A DNA stretch of 38,204 nt from Octopus bimaculoides (Eukaryota), in contig NC_068989.1 of assembly GCF_001194135.2 (NCBI RefSeq), forward strand, positions 58,627,766-58,665,969, written 5' to 3'. This document shows, piece after piece, positions 1 to 12,297 of the stretch (positions are counted from its first letter, which is position 1; each line of letters begins with the position of its first letter). A program made the position numbers and the translations under genes. The notes beneath the pieces were generated by a model that saw only the letters and a program-made list of their open reading frames with translations, did no database searches and was not told where the DNA came from.

Positions 1-35
<35 letters not shown>

Positions 36-95
36 TATATACATATATATATACATATATATATATATGTATATGTGTGTGTATGTGTGTGTGTT
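1..95. repeat. (AT)n/(GT)n microsatellite
   Basis: Directly visible; similar (TA)n tracts at 35573-35600, 36687-36720 and 38180-38204. Confidence 0.97.
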
Positions 96-439
96 TTATG
101 TATGTGTGACTAATTCATAAATATTTTATATAATTTTGTGTAACGTTACATACTTCTTGTACATGTGTGCGCGTGAGCGCGCGAAGTCGCAGGTTTTGGT
201 TATTTTTATAGTTTATGCTCATTGCTCCTTGGATATATAAATAGCGGTAACAGAGAATAAAAGAGATTTAGAGAGAGACACTCTGCACGTGTATCCATAT
301 AAAGTTAGCAAGAAATGAGGAAAAAGGAAGTGAAAACTAAAAAATTCGAGAAGATTGAATTGGTAAATTTTCGAGTGGATTTCTCGTTTCTCCAATTAAT
401 GAAAGCACAGCTTGCATTCATTAAACAAGTGACGGCAAC

Positions 440-524
440 TCAGAGCTTTACACGCCTGCTGCATCTAGATCGTTCATCTAGATAGACACGTATTAGCTCA
501 AACATTGGATGTGATTCTGCCAGA
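440..524 (-). CDS. Terminal coding exon of putative SH2-like gene ((T)LAESHPMFELIRVYLDERSRCSRRVKL*)
   Basis: Minus strand: long pyrimidine tract ttctttttcttactatttccatccag| then T CTG GCA GAA ... AAG CTC TGA (stop 442-440). The phase matches the 2-nt overhang of the 44-nt exon. MFELIRVY resembles the SH2 alphaB pattern LxxL[VI]xxY. Confidence 0.65.
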
Positions 525-1477
525 CTGGATGGAAATAGTAAGAAAAAGAACAAGTAGGAAGAACTTTAGTTCATACATCAAATTTCCTTCCTAACTTACC
601 TTTTTTTCAGTTATAAATATTTCAACTTGTATTGCAGAGATATGACATTAACTTTTCAAATCCATTTCTAGGAATAATATTTGTGATTTATTAATGTACA
701 ACTTTATTTATTTATTAGAATTTTTCCTAGAAGGAAGGACCTGATTTCTAACAAAGAAACATAAACCCTATCATTTAAATTTGGATGTCAAATATTGAAC
801 TTTACGTTTGTTTTTGTTTGGGATTAAAGTTCTTTTCTTTGCAAAATCTAAACCGGACACTAACAAAGTGGCTAAGTTCTTGTTTTAGTCAAGACAGCTC
901 TTGTGGTTCGTGGTTATATGAACTGGTTGGTGTGTGCATTTTTGTGTATATCTGTGTGCGAACGGATAAACTTGTACTAATAAAGTGGGCGTGCATATCA
1001 CTTTACTAGGCAAGTGTGTGCGCTTCATTACTGTTTATCTTTGTGTATGTTTTATATTCACATGTGATTGTGTGCATGTTATTTACCAGGTGTCTCAAAT
1101 ATATGTATGTATGTATGTTTGTATGTATACGTGCAAATTTGTATGTTTTGTTTTATGTATGTTTTCTCATGCATATACTTGCATATTTAGACTTGCTCAC
1201 ATATACTTAAATGATAAACTTCTAGAACGTTTTACAGATTCTTACAGTTCCAGTGATGGCTTGGATCTGTAGTCTTCGAATCAGCTTTCTCCCTTCTAGT
1301 TTCTCAAGATTGGTATTTAGATAGTGTGTTACATATCTCACTGTTCCAATAATTACAGGTATAAACCTGAACTTGTGATCTGAATAGAGTAACATATATG
1401 TTTGTATGTATGTATTGATCTGTTTTGTTTTATACACTGTAGATATACATATATCTGTATGTCTATATATGTGTGTG

Positions 1478-1860
1478 TGTGGAGGCGCAATGGCCCAGTG
1501 GTTAGGGCAGCGGACTCACGGTCATAGGATCGCGGTTTCGATTCCCAGACCGGGCGTCGTGAGTGTTTATTGAGCGAAAACACCTAAAACTCCACGAGGC
1601 TCCAGCAGGGGATGGTGGTAAACCCTGCTGTACTCTTTCACCACAACTTTCTCTCACTCTTACTTCCTGTTTCTGTTGTGCCTGTAATTCAAAGGGTCAG
1701 CTTTGTTACACTGTGTCACGCTGAATATCCCCGAGAACTACGTTAAGGGTACACGTGTCTGTGGAGTGCTCAGCCATTTGCACGTTAATTTCACGAGCAG
1801 GCTGTTCCGTTGATGGGATCAACTGGAACCCTCGACGTCGTAAGCGACGGAGTGCCAACA
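1478..1860 (+). mobile_element. Full-length tRNA-derived SINE (tRNA-Arg-like head; octopus OR-type)
   Basis: Head ggaggcgcaatggcccagtggttagggcagcggactc with A box TGGCCCAGTGG and B box GGTTTCGATTCC. CORE-like ttgagcgaaaacacct follows. tatgtgtgt occurs on both sides (TSD-like). The family name is from recall. Confidence 0.85.
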
Positions 1861-1899
1861 TATGTGTGTATACACGTTCTTACTACAAGCTAAATTTTT

Positions 1900-2800
1900 G
1901 CAATATTTCGCAATTTAAAAATTGCTTGACTATCTTGAAATTTATTTATTACCCGTGCCTTTTCTGATTTTGTGAAGTTTATCTTCTCAACATTGTTTTT
2001 GTTTGGACGTAGTATCTGCAGATTTTTTTATTAATTCCGTATAAATGTTTTCTTTTTATTTTATTTTAAACATTCAGTTAACGTCTCTTTGACAAGATTT
2101 CTGTTAATGTGCATATTTTCTTCTATTTGTCCCAGCACATTATTTCTGATCTGTTGCACCTTTTACTGAGGTTTTTGATAGCAATATTGAATCAGTATTC
2201 TTTCATATTACAGGTAAATATACCCTCTACCTCACTGTCACTTTTAATAGTTTGCCCTGTAGGAGTATCTGTTCTATGGATTGTATTGTACACTTTCAAT
2301 GTATCATAGATAGATAATATTGTCGTGACACTTTCCAGAAGTTACTTATGATGTGAGTCACATCTTCGAATTGAGTCACATTTACCATATTTAGGTGTTT
2401 TACTTGCAGATATTTTGTTATTTCCTGTTTCTGGATTACAAAAGAATGTTATTCAGAATGAGTGCTTATATAACGGTTGTTGACACAAGGTAGACGGCTT
2501 TGGTTATTTCCGTTACTGCCAGTTTTAAATTTTCAAACATCATAATCATGCGTCACTTTACGTTGATAAACATACATTCTATCGTCTGATGTTCTATTAC
2601 TGTAGAACTGTGCAACTTCCGTAGGTGCCTATGATTATCCATGGACACTAGTCAAGGAATACTCTCTGAAAAGCTTTCTAAATTTTAGGATCCTATTTGC
2701 TTCGTGTTTACAAGGGTACACAACATCGCTTGGTGTTTAGTAGGAGCTGTACTTAAGCTCTTCTGATTTGCTGATCTTTTACAAAGATCAGTTTAGCCTT
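1900..2800 (-). mobile_element. Decayed Penelope-like element RT/thumb relic
   Basis: Interrupted translations such as *KKICTLTE (cf. ARRICTI of PLE thumb), ISNFWK and NIYTELIKNLQILRP..FTKS (PLE linker-like). Many stops and frameshifts. Confidence 0.4.
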
Positions 2801-2841
2801 TTATTCAGGTAATATTCATAAACCACTTTGAAGCAGAGCAG

Positions 2842-2842
<1 letters not shown>

Positions 2843-2912
<70 letters not shown>

Positions 2913-2940
2913 CTGCTGCTGTTGCTGCTGCTGTTGCTGC
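2843..2940. repeat. Interrupted (GCT)n / (CAG)n trinucleotide repeat
   Basis: GCT runs broken by five GTT units; the source of the poly-Ala ORF 2828-3016. Confidence 0.97.
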
Positions 2941-3149
2941 ACACACGGATGCCTTCAGTTCTAAATATTGTAGACCGTGTTGTTCTCTTGTATTACTGCT
3001 GTTGGAGGATTTATAAGTAGTTGCTTTGAATGAGTAACGATATGAAGGGACACACCTAGAAGATTATTTCACTCAGCTACTCAGCTGTTTTGGATGGGTC
3101 CTAGTTGAAGAATATTTGATGGCGTAAAACTGATGGCCAGTTTAGAAAA

Positions 3150-3600
3150 CCATAGGTTTCAGAAGACAGTAAGTTGTTGCACAGTATTTGAAAGTGTGGT
3201 GATTAGGCAGTGTTCGAACGACTCATTAGATACAAAAACGATGGTAGGGTAGCAAATGTTGCGTTTATAGCGTCTATTAACTAATCAAGAGTACAAGTAG
3301 GTCAGGATGGTAAACTATTCGGCTTTTTCGCCAGTAGCACCGGTGTTCAAGAAGTGCGAGCACAAAGTGATGAGGACATTGTAATCATAAAAAGCAATGA
3401 TTTCAGAGGTGAGATATTACATAGATATCCTTGATCGCGGAGGAGAGATGATGGAATTGTTGGTGGTGATTCGAGGAGATCGGACAGTAGTAAAATCAAC
3501 AGATGAATTTAGAGAAGAGCGGGAGAAGGTTTTAAGCCAGAGTAACTGGAAGTCTTTCTTGTTGTTATCCAGGTGGAAGGATAAGTGGCAGGGATAACAG
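3150..3600 (-). mobile_element. CR1-type LINE apurinic endonuclease relic
   Basis: Minus translation ..TVRSPRITTNNSII..SEIIAFYDYNVLITLCSHFLNTGATGEKAE*FTIL..SFEHCLI resembles the YRSPN / GDFNVH / SDH motifs of CR1 EN. Confidence 0.45.
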
Positions 3601-4084
3601 GTTGTACATATGGACCTAAGGAAGGGTATAAATAAGAGGCAAGCAATTTATTTTTCAGAAAGAAATAGGATATGTGGCTTGTGTTGGTATGTAATGATGA
3701 ATAAGATCAAATTTGTACCAAAAGCATTAAATAGAAGGGAGATTTGTTCAGTGGATTTCATGTGATTACGGTTTGTATTTATTTTAATTGATTTTTTTTA
3801 GATTGGAAGACATAACCACGAGCAAGTAACCCAGCTACATGTCTGTGGCTTGTTAATGGACTATTAAAATCCTGTACTCGAAGGAGCGACAATCATGAGC
3901 GGGGTAAAGAAGGTACCATCGATAACTCCACAAAGTCAACCATAAAGCTATCTGAAGGAGTGACTCTGAAAGAAAATCTCTCCATCTTAGCTCTCTAACA
4001 AACAGTGGTACTAGTTAAAGGAAAGTACACAATATATATTTTGCAAAATGATGTTAAAATTGTAAGAGAAAGACACCAAACTCA

Positions 4085-4129
4085 ACAAAGACACACACAA
4101 GCACGCGCGCACATACACATACGCACACG

Positions 4130-4169
<40 letters not shown>

Positions 4170-4405
4170 TACATACACATACGTGGACACACAGACACAA
4201 AAGAATGCACAACACAAACACATACACATACACTTGCACACACAAGCACGCATGCACACACACATACAAACACATGAATATGTAGAATACATACAGACAG
4301 ACGCGCATATATACACACATACATACATACACACATACATGCGTACATATATGCATGCACACACGCACGCACGCACACACACACACATACACACANNNNN
4401 NNNNN

Positions 4406-4480
<75 letters not shown>
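4085..4480. repeat. Degenerate (CA)n microsatellite block with 10-N gap (4396-4405)
   Basis: Directly visible; explains the HTHT / VCVC ORFs. Confidence 0.97.
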
Positions 4481-4747
4481 GCAACAATAACGGACAGAGT
4501 CTATAGTCACTGAATCACCGAGAAAATTGCAAAAAGGCAACGAAAGAACTTTGACAAAAAAATCAGATATTTAATAAATGAGTGAAATTGAAGCAGTGTT
4601 TGTGTTAATTATATTGGCATGATGACTCTTCCTAGACACAACAAAATTTGTTTCAACACACAAATTCACATAAAGAATTTTGCAAACCAGATACAAAAGC
4701 GAAGTAGAAAATAGTTAACAATCTACTACTTAAAGAATGGTTTGGTT

Positions 4748-5045
<298 letters not shown>

Positions 5046-5239
5046 GTGTATTACGTTCAGTGTGGAAGAGCGATTGCTATTATTTTGAAATCCAGGCAAA
5101 AATTCCTCATTGAACTATCATAAGATTACACGGCCTATCTCTTATGGTAGCAATCAAAACAATTGTCATGACTACTGGAAATCCATGCTCATCTTCTGAG
5201 TTTGCGCGTAGGAAGTTTGCTACGATGGCAAATTTGCGA

Positions 5240-5970
5240 GCATCGCATTTCTATAAACGCGCACGTATATATGTACATTAGCAGGAGAGTGGAGGGGAAG
5301 CGAAGGGGAAGGGGAGAGAGAAGAGAAGAAAAGAGAGAAAAAGAACCCTAAAATGAAGGAAAGATAAAATATGAAGGGAAAGAGATGGAGAAAAGAGACA
5401 AGGAGAAAGTGGAAGGAAGGAGGGAGAAGAGTGGGAGGGAAAAGGAATTGGACGTAGAAACAGAAATACATGTGAGGAAATATACAGTGGGGGCTTTAAT
5501 ATAAAAACATCTAGAAAGAGCGAGAGGTATATGTGTTTTAATATTAAGACAGAGATTGTCACCCCCAGTATACACGAGAGGAAATTTAGTCTCAGACACT
5601 AGGCGCGCCCCCATAATCCACATACGACCCTTACTCTTTCTAGATTTTTGTATGATATTGGTTCTCATCATATGTTTCCTGAACTCTGTTTCGTTTCTCC
5701 GCCCAATTACTCTTTTCTCTCCCTTCCCCTCTCCTTTTTACTATTCCCCCTTTTCTTTTTCCTTCTTTTCATGGTTTCTTTTCTATTTTTCTCTCTATCC
5801 TCTTTCCCTTCTCGAGATCTCTTTCCTCTGACTCTCCCTCTCTCACTCACCCTCTCGACCTTTTTTCACTTCGCTCTCCACTCTCCACCCTGTCCACCTC
5901 TCTACCTCTTCAACTCCTCATATTCCACATATGTATGGCTGCGTGCCTCACGCTTATAAATATCAAGATG
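5240..5970. repeat. ~730-bp imperfect inverted repeat (fold-back / MITE-like)
   Basis: Exact complementary pairs on a common axis near 5577-5585: atctagaaagag 5509-5520 with ctctttctagat 5634-5645; tatgtg ending 5535 with cacata from 5619; ggagagtggag 5284-5294 with ctccactctcc 5876-5886. The purine arm mirrors the pyrimidine arm. Confidence 0.7.
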
Positions 5971-5974
5971 CAAC

Positions 5975-6180
5975 GGGCAGATGCGACAGCCTTAATGTTG
6001 TCATTCAACCTGTTTGAAATAGAAGCTAAGTATTCCTCTAATCGAATTCTATCATCTTAAAAGGAGAGTGGACACACTGGATAGTGTAGTTCTAGATACA
6101 CTATGACTGAATAGAAGCTGGGACAGTTACGGATGTAACGCCTTTGATCATGTAATCAGAAATGACTTGGGGCTAAGCAA
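5975..6180 (+). mobile_element. Probable 3' fragment of an abundant octopus SINE
   Basis: Ends ...gcctttgatcat...gacttggggctaagcaa, recalled as a common octopus repeat tail; not verifiable here. Confidence 0.35.
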
Positions 6181-6984
6181 GGATGTGTACATACATATAT
6201 TAATACGTCATTGTATGTTGTTAAGTGTACACATTTCGCATATGCATACACAAATAAATACGTATGTATATACATATGTATACACATGTATACACAAATA
6301 AACACATATGTATACACTTATGTATTCATTTTGTTGGTGGAAACATTTACGATATTTTTTGTCATTAAAACGTGCAGTGAAGAGTGCAGTAATGAATGAA
6401 TGGATGTAAAACGAACAAAAATGCTGAAATAATGAAATAATGGAAATGAAAACCAGCAACTTTGTAGTAGTCTTCTTAACCAGAAAACAAATTGGAGAAG
6501 AAATACAGGATGAGAACTGCTCCGCTTAACTTGACGACATATTTATCATGTCAGAATGAGGTATCTATGCCAGCCATACTGAAATGTGGACGGATGCGTT
6601 AGTTTAGCGGAATATCAAAATATTTCTTTATATTTTATTTAAAGAGAAATTACAGAAGGAGTGTTTTTTTTTTAAATTTTAGCGTTTTTATAAGAGATAC
6701 TTGTGGGATGAAGTTCGAACTAAACTGATAGCAGTTGTATTATAAAACATAATTGAAATAGAAATCAGTTCAGACAACCGAGAATAGGGAGCTAGTTTGT
6801 TTATCTATATTTAATTCTGGGGTCTGGGACGCTTGAGTTTTACCATTGAGATGCCAGGAAGTTTGAATGGATACGTTACTATTTAATGAATCTTCAGGAT
6901 TGTAGCTAACGATTCAACCAAGATTATTTCCACCCCACTACCTTGATTGGAAGAAATGTAAATGATATGAGACAGTTGTCGACA

Positions 6985-7096
6985 TTATAAAGTTAGAGAT
7001 AAGCTATCGTTAAACTTAATACGTTATAACTTAGAGATAAAGTACTAGTAAACTTAATACGTTATAAAGTTAGAGATAAGCTACCGGTAAATTTTA
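6985..7096. repeat. 38-39 bp minisatellite, ~3 copies
   Basis: Unit ttataaagttagagataagctatcgttaaacttaatacg starts at 6985, 7024 and 7062. Confidence 0.9.
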
Positions 7097-8316
7097 TATG
7101 CAATTTTCGATTTGAAGCCACGAAAAAGACAAAACGGTTGAAGTAAAATTCTTTTTTCTTTCCTAAGAAAAACTCAAAGGAAAGTTTATGTTCAGTATAA
7201 CATATTCATTATTTGGTGAATTAACAAAAATGTATTAAAAAATGTGGATGGAAAGATTAAGCTATTTCAAGTCACTGGAATATTTTTTTTAATTTCTAAG
7301 TTCCAGGAAAGATTTTACAATTTTATGAAATATCTTCGTTATATATCTGATTCGTTTGGAAAACATTTTGAATTAGAATGATATTCCACAGGCAACAAAG
7401 GCATAAAATCCCTAAGTACTTTACCGACTGATGTTCTGTACGTGCAGTGAATATTGGCTGCATATAAGGTAGTCATTTACTACCGCTTGTCACCTTGTAA
7501 ATTTACAATCAGAAAAGCAAAATATCTCTTTGAACATCGTACAGACAGCAAAGTCTCCCTGCTACTGAAATTGCTGTAGAGACTTTTGGCGCCTTAAAAG
7601 GAGGGTGTCTACCAGAATCCTCCTAACTATTACTCCTTAAGCAAGATAGCTGTTAGCAACACCCCCACTGAAAAGATGCTTTCCTTTTCAACTCCTCACT
7701 GCACACATTATATATATAAAAAACTTCTCTCAGAATTTACTTCTCACATACACAGTCACTGCATGAAAAAAAAAAAAAAATGTCTGATCGCGCCAACTCA
7801 ATAATACGGCTCACCACGATAGCATCATGTCAATGGCCCCAACAAAGTATATTTCAGAGTTATTTATCATCTTTGATACACTCTTCAAAGCTTCTTTTCT
7901 CCCCTGTCACTTCACTTTCTCAGTCGCCTGCAAGAATCTTCTGCCAGATGGCTGTACAAAAGACAGACATTTTTCTCTCTGGCTAAACTCTCAGGGTAAA
8001 GAAGGAGATACTGCCTTTCAGTGAGTGAGAGTGGCAAGGCTGGTGAGGTTGAGTGCGCTATCTGAATAATGCTTCCCCATCTGGGACCGCGTTGCCACTT
8101 TTGAGAAAAATCTCAATTTTGTAGTGGGTTGGGAGATTTTAATGTTGAGATGCTCTCAAAAGAGTTACTGGAGTAAGTGAAATGAATTAGTTTTGAGCTA
8201 GAACTGAAACCGGCTAGCACAATCAATATCTTCCTAACTTTCAACTAAGATTAAAGTACGAAAATATAATGACTGCGGTCTTGATATCAATAATATCGAT
8301 TTTTTAACATACTTAC

Positions 8317-8360
8317 GTTGCTTCGAGTTTGAGAGAAGTGTAGAATCGACTATGCCGACA
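8317..8360 (-). CDS. 44-nt internal exon (CRHSRFYTSLKLEA)
   Basis: Acceptor cttttctttcatatttccag|, donor AAC|gtaagt. Phase 0 to 2, in frame with both neighbours. Confidence 0.65.
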
Positions 8361-8560
8361 CTGGAAATATGAAAGAAAAGTTGTCCTCAGCGAGATTTAA
8401 AAACAGTCCGTACAACGATGTAAGTTAGATGCCAAAAGCTGTGGGACTCCTCTCTACATATAGTGTCTGCCAGTGCACCCCCATCTTTTCTTATAAATGT
8501 TTTTGAACTGAAGTGTTCAAAAATATTAGAACATTGTGAGGCTGATGATAACTGACATAC

Positions 8561-8648
8561 TTGAAGATTTTGACTTCATTTGTGTTGCAATTCTGGTAGA
8601 GTCATCATTCTTAAAAGTATATTCCTCTGATTCTATTAGTACTACAAA
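8561..8648 (-). CDS. Candidate 88-nt frameshifting cassette exon (FVVLIESEEYTFKNDDSTRIATQMKSKSS)
   Basis: Acceptor ctgttttctttag|, donor CAA|gtatgt. Open only in frame 0, which continues the 37-nt exon. Inclusion shifts the 44-nt exon to ATG TCG GCA TAG. Confidence 0.3.
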
Positions 8649-8724
8649 CTAAAGAAAACAGTCAGTGATACTCCCGATTGCAATTGTGAATTTTATCACT
8701 TATATACTAGTCATGACTACTTAC

Positions 8725-8761
8725 ATCTACATTGACTGGGCCCCTTAAAGCTAAGTGTCTT
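8725..8761 (-). CDS. 37-nt internal exon ((T)RHLALRGPVNVD)
   Basis: Acceptor ttatgtctccatgtag|, donor GAT|gtaagt. Phase 2 to 0. TRHLALR resembles SH2 betaD (Src VKHYKIR). Confidence 0.62.
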
Positions 8762-9594
8762 CTACATGGAGACATAACTCAGTGATAGTAAATAAGAACT
8801 ATTAACCTGACCATTTTCAGATCGTTAAAGTGTAACAGAAAGCAATATTTTATGGAGATGTTTTGAGTAAGAATAGTTTTCTGTTTAGATAGGAGGTGTC
8901 AAATGTTTTCTATTTAGGTTAGAAGGCACTTATGATATCGAAAAATTTGTTCAACACATAAACCATATTTATATTCAAATGAAAATATCGTTAATAACAT
9001 GTATAACAATAAGTTATTATAGATCAGAGACAAATTCTTTTCAGAAGCTTCTATATGGTTTTTTTTGTTTCCTTCCTGGATTTTCAGCCCACACATTCGT
9101 CAGCTTGCATGTACATTATTTATACAGGTGCACCGTGCTGTGAGTATATCGCTCTGTATCTGCGCCCTCTCCGATGCGGTGCTATTTTATTTTTTTAATA
9201 ATTTTCTTTTCTCAGATGTATTTCTTTTTGTTCCTTCAGTCTCTCTCACTATCCTACTTATCGACTAGAATGTGATGTTCTCACGATGCTCTGTTTATTA
9301 TTCTGAGGCCTGACGATTTACATTCAACAGACTTTTTACTAATGAATGCTGAATCGTCAATATTGAGTTGGTAGCTTGTAGCCTACAACACTCTGCTTTA
9401 ATTTACAAGAAACCACACTTCTATCCCCTTCCTCGTCTTCACTTTTCAAGTAAATATACTATAGCGAATGCAGGGGCAGTTTTTATGATGATAATTGACG
9501 CCTATTTTAAAGTGCAAAGAAAAATTTGACTATTAAAGCAAAGTTGCTGCTCAATATTTGCGCAGTATTTATTAATTCGTTTGAGGTATATTAT

Positions 9595-9702
9595 GCATGT
9601 ATGTATGCATGTATGCATGTATGCATGCATGTATGTATGTATGTATGTATGTATGTATGTATGTATGTATGTATGTATGTATATTTCTATATATATATAT
9701 AT
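9595..9702. repeat. (TGCA/TATG)n and (TA)n microsatellite
   Basis: Directly visible. Confidence 0.95.
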
Positions 9703-10344
9703 AATACAGTACACCAGTAATATAATTTTGAAAATATCTGACATGAAAAACGGCGCAATTTAAGCAAACTCTCTATTCTTTTGAAATAAATGACAGACGA
9801 TCATCTATTATTTCGTGATTTCATTCATCGCCATCTTGATCGTGATCATCATCGGGAATAGATTTTCACGATCCAACAAGTAACTTACGTGTTTCATACG
9901 TAAAGACAGCGGAAGTGATAGCGATGTTGATGATGATATTTGCTGCTAATTTTCCTGACACTTCTTTTATTAAGGTGCCATAAAACGAGGCTCTTGCGCA
10001 GCAGGAACGCTAGAGTACCAGACTAGATGTTCTGTAGCATATAGTTTCTTCCCACTAAGTTCTGACTCCAATTTCTTGTGAGGCTCGGTTTTGTTTTTCA
10101 TTCCTCTGGAATAGATAAAAAAAAAGTCTGAGTATATACCGGAGTCAATATAATCGACAATAGAAAATTGAGAGTATTTGCCAACATGGCATATTTTATA
10201 ATTTTATTACTTGTAACAATTAAGTTTTTTTTACATCAACTAACAACAACAACAACACTTACAACTTCTTTAGAAACATGATTTTTCGAAAATCTGCACT
10301 TATTAGTTTTCATAGAATGTGGAGAGTAAATGGTGAAAAATTGC

Positions 10345-10720
10345 AGATGCGTTCCATCTTTGTCAGATTGCACCATTGCTTTGATGCACGTCTCTAACAT
10401 TTGATCTACTCTGGTGTACCTCAAGACCCGATCTTTCCCCCTATACTTTCCTTCTGATACATCAAGACGAAATTGTCGTAACCTTAACAACCATTCCTGC
10501 AAAGATGATATCATTATTTATTCCTTCCTAATCTTCCTCACCTAAGGTCCATCCAAGTGCAACCTAAACGCTTTACTTCAAATTTGCAGCTCTGAGTTTC
10601 TAAAACCGAAACAAAAGAATGTGAATTTGCATCCCCAGTGAATCAGTTTAAATTCTCCATTTGGAACCATTTCAATTTTCTTTCAACGTTCTAGGTGTCT
10701 GAAGTGGTGTTCAAATGGTG
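10345..10720 (+). mobile_element. CR1/L2-type LINE reverse transcriptase relic
   Basis: SGVPQDPIFPPILSF*YI from 10410 (cf. SGVPQGSILSPILFLLYIND), followed by KDDIIIYS (cf. YADDT). Confidence 0.7.
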
Positions 10721-10899
10721 TTTTTTTTTTTGATACTTATATTGTATCTTTGAACTGTCAAAGGAGACAGGATTGGCATGATGCTCTTCGGTTAATCAAA
10801 GTTTTTCAATTCAGTATATATGCATATGCAACTCTACCTTATTAACACTTAGAAACTTGACGGTGCAACTCATATATTTACTGGAGTGGACTACAGTAG

Positions 10900-11170
10900 C
10901 GCCCACCCTCATGTACACGAAAATTAAACTCGCTCCTCTTCTCTAAAATTTGTATATTCCGATCCAACCTAGATCCATCCTTTCTTACATACACCCAAGC
11001 CACCATTCTCCCTCTTTTTCTTTGTACATTTCCGGAAAAAAAGCTCTGTCTTTAAGTTGCACTATAAAAATTATGTCTGAACATATATAAATTCTAATCT
11101 CCTCGCCCTGTCATTTACCTATCACACCTGGATATCTGCAACAAAGTCATCCACTTACTTTAGATCAATA
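10900..11170 (-). mobile_element. Possible RTE-type LINE 3' relic
   Basis: ISRCDR ... RQSFFSGNVQRK resembles RTE C-terminal ISW.DR / RQL.FFGHV.RK. Confidence 0.3.
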
Positions 11171-11733
11171 TTTTCCTCTCTTGTTCCTCCAAATACATCA
11201 CCTTCCTCTACTTCGCTTCGAAGTTTTCAACGAACAACAGCACTTCGAACATAGCTTTGTCTCCATGACAGATATCTCTCTGAATTCACCCTTCTCTGAT
11301 ACAGTTGTCTTCGCTTATTTAACGCTTTTATTTATGAATTGCTTAGTTCAAAATCCCATGAAGAAATTTGGATCTAGTATCGGAAACAACGGAAATTCTC
11401 CCAAATTGTGCACTATATCACTACTCACAGTACTTCTTCAACTCAATCACGGTACATGTTTATGTCTACGTTGGTTGGACAACTGAAATTCAAGAGATGT
11501 TGATAACGACACTGTGCAAATCGGGCAATGTTAATGATATTCTATTGACATCGCCAAATGGTTAATATTAATATTTTGTAGTATTAGTTGTTCAGGGTGG
11601 TCAATTACTGACCGTCCTGAAAATCAGGTTGCAAACAACACATTACTTAAGATCGACTTTGCCAAACAGTTCCTTGGAATATGATTTAAGCACAATCTTC
11701 CACTAAAAGCAGTAATACTATTACGGGAAAATT

Positions 11734-11930
11734 AGGGCGGCGAGTTAGCAGAATCGTTCGGACGCCGGGCAAAATGCTTAGCGGCATTTCGACTCCCTTT
11801 GCATTCTGAGTTTAAATTCTTCCGAGATCGACTTTGCCTTTAATCCTTTCGTCGAGCACTGGGGGTCTATGTAATCGACTAACCTCCTCACCAAATTTCA
11901 GGCCTTGCTCGTATTGTAGAAAGGATTACG
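11734..11930 (+). mobile_element. tRNA-derived SINE, family B, copy 1
   Basis: Head ggcggcgagttagcagaatcg, B box gagtttaaattc, central gatcgactttgcctttaatcctttcg (Meta-domain-like, recalled), tail gtagaaaggatta. Confidence 0.85.
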
Positions 11931-12297
11931 TAAGAATTAAAATCTAATAACATCTAGCTCATCACTGCAATTAAAGTAGTTGTGTATATTATTTTTCTAT
12001 GATTAAATTAAACACCGAACTCATATTTGTGAGGAAAACACTCGTTAGAAATTGTCTATTCTTCAGTCGCTGGCAAAATAAACCATAAACTTGTAGTAAT
12101 CTCATACAAAAGAATAAGTTATTTCAGTAACAAAGCAAATATTTAGTTAACCTTATATTGGAATTTCGCCTTTTATTGTTGACGTAGAAATAAATATAAC
12201 CTTTACATTCAGAAAGCAACGAACTCCAAGTGAGCATCAGTCAGCAGAAAGAAGACATTAAAATTTACTGGAGAAAGAAATTGGTATTTCAAATATT

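Noticed and set aside
1478-1555. Possible tRNA gene
   Set aside because: A and B boxes are present, but there is no proper cloverleaf and it continues into a SINE body.
2828-3016. Poly-Ala ORF
   Set aside because: Produced by the (GCT)n repeat; TTG start and no splice context.
6985-7096. CRISPR-like repeat/spacer appearance
   Set aside because: Variable parts are ~7 nt, only three units, eukaryotic context, no cas genes.
8110-8175. GDFN motif suggesting a LINE endonuclease
   Set aside because: Single short motif without flanking EN motifs.
9892-10108. Minus-strand exon candidate with good acceptor and gtaagt donor
   Set aside because: Stops in all three frames; cannot join the phase-2 chain.
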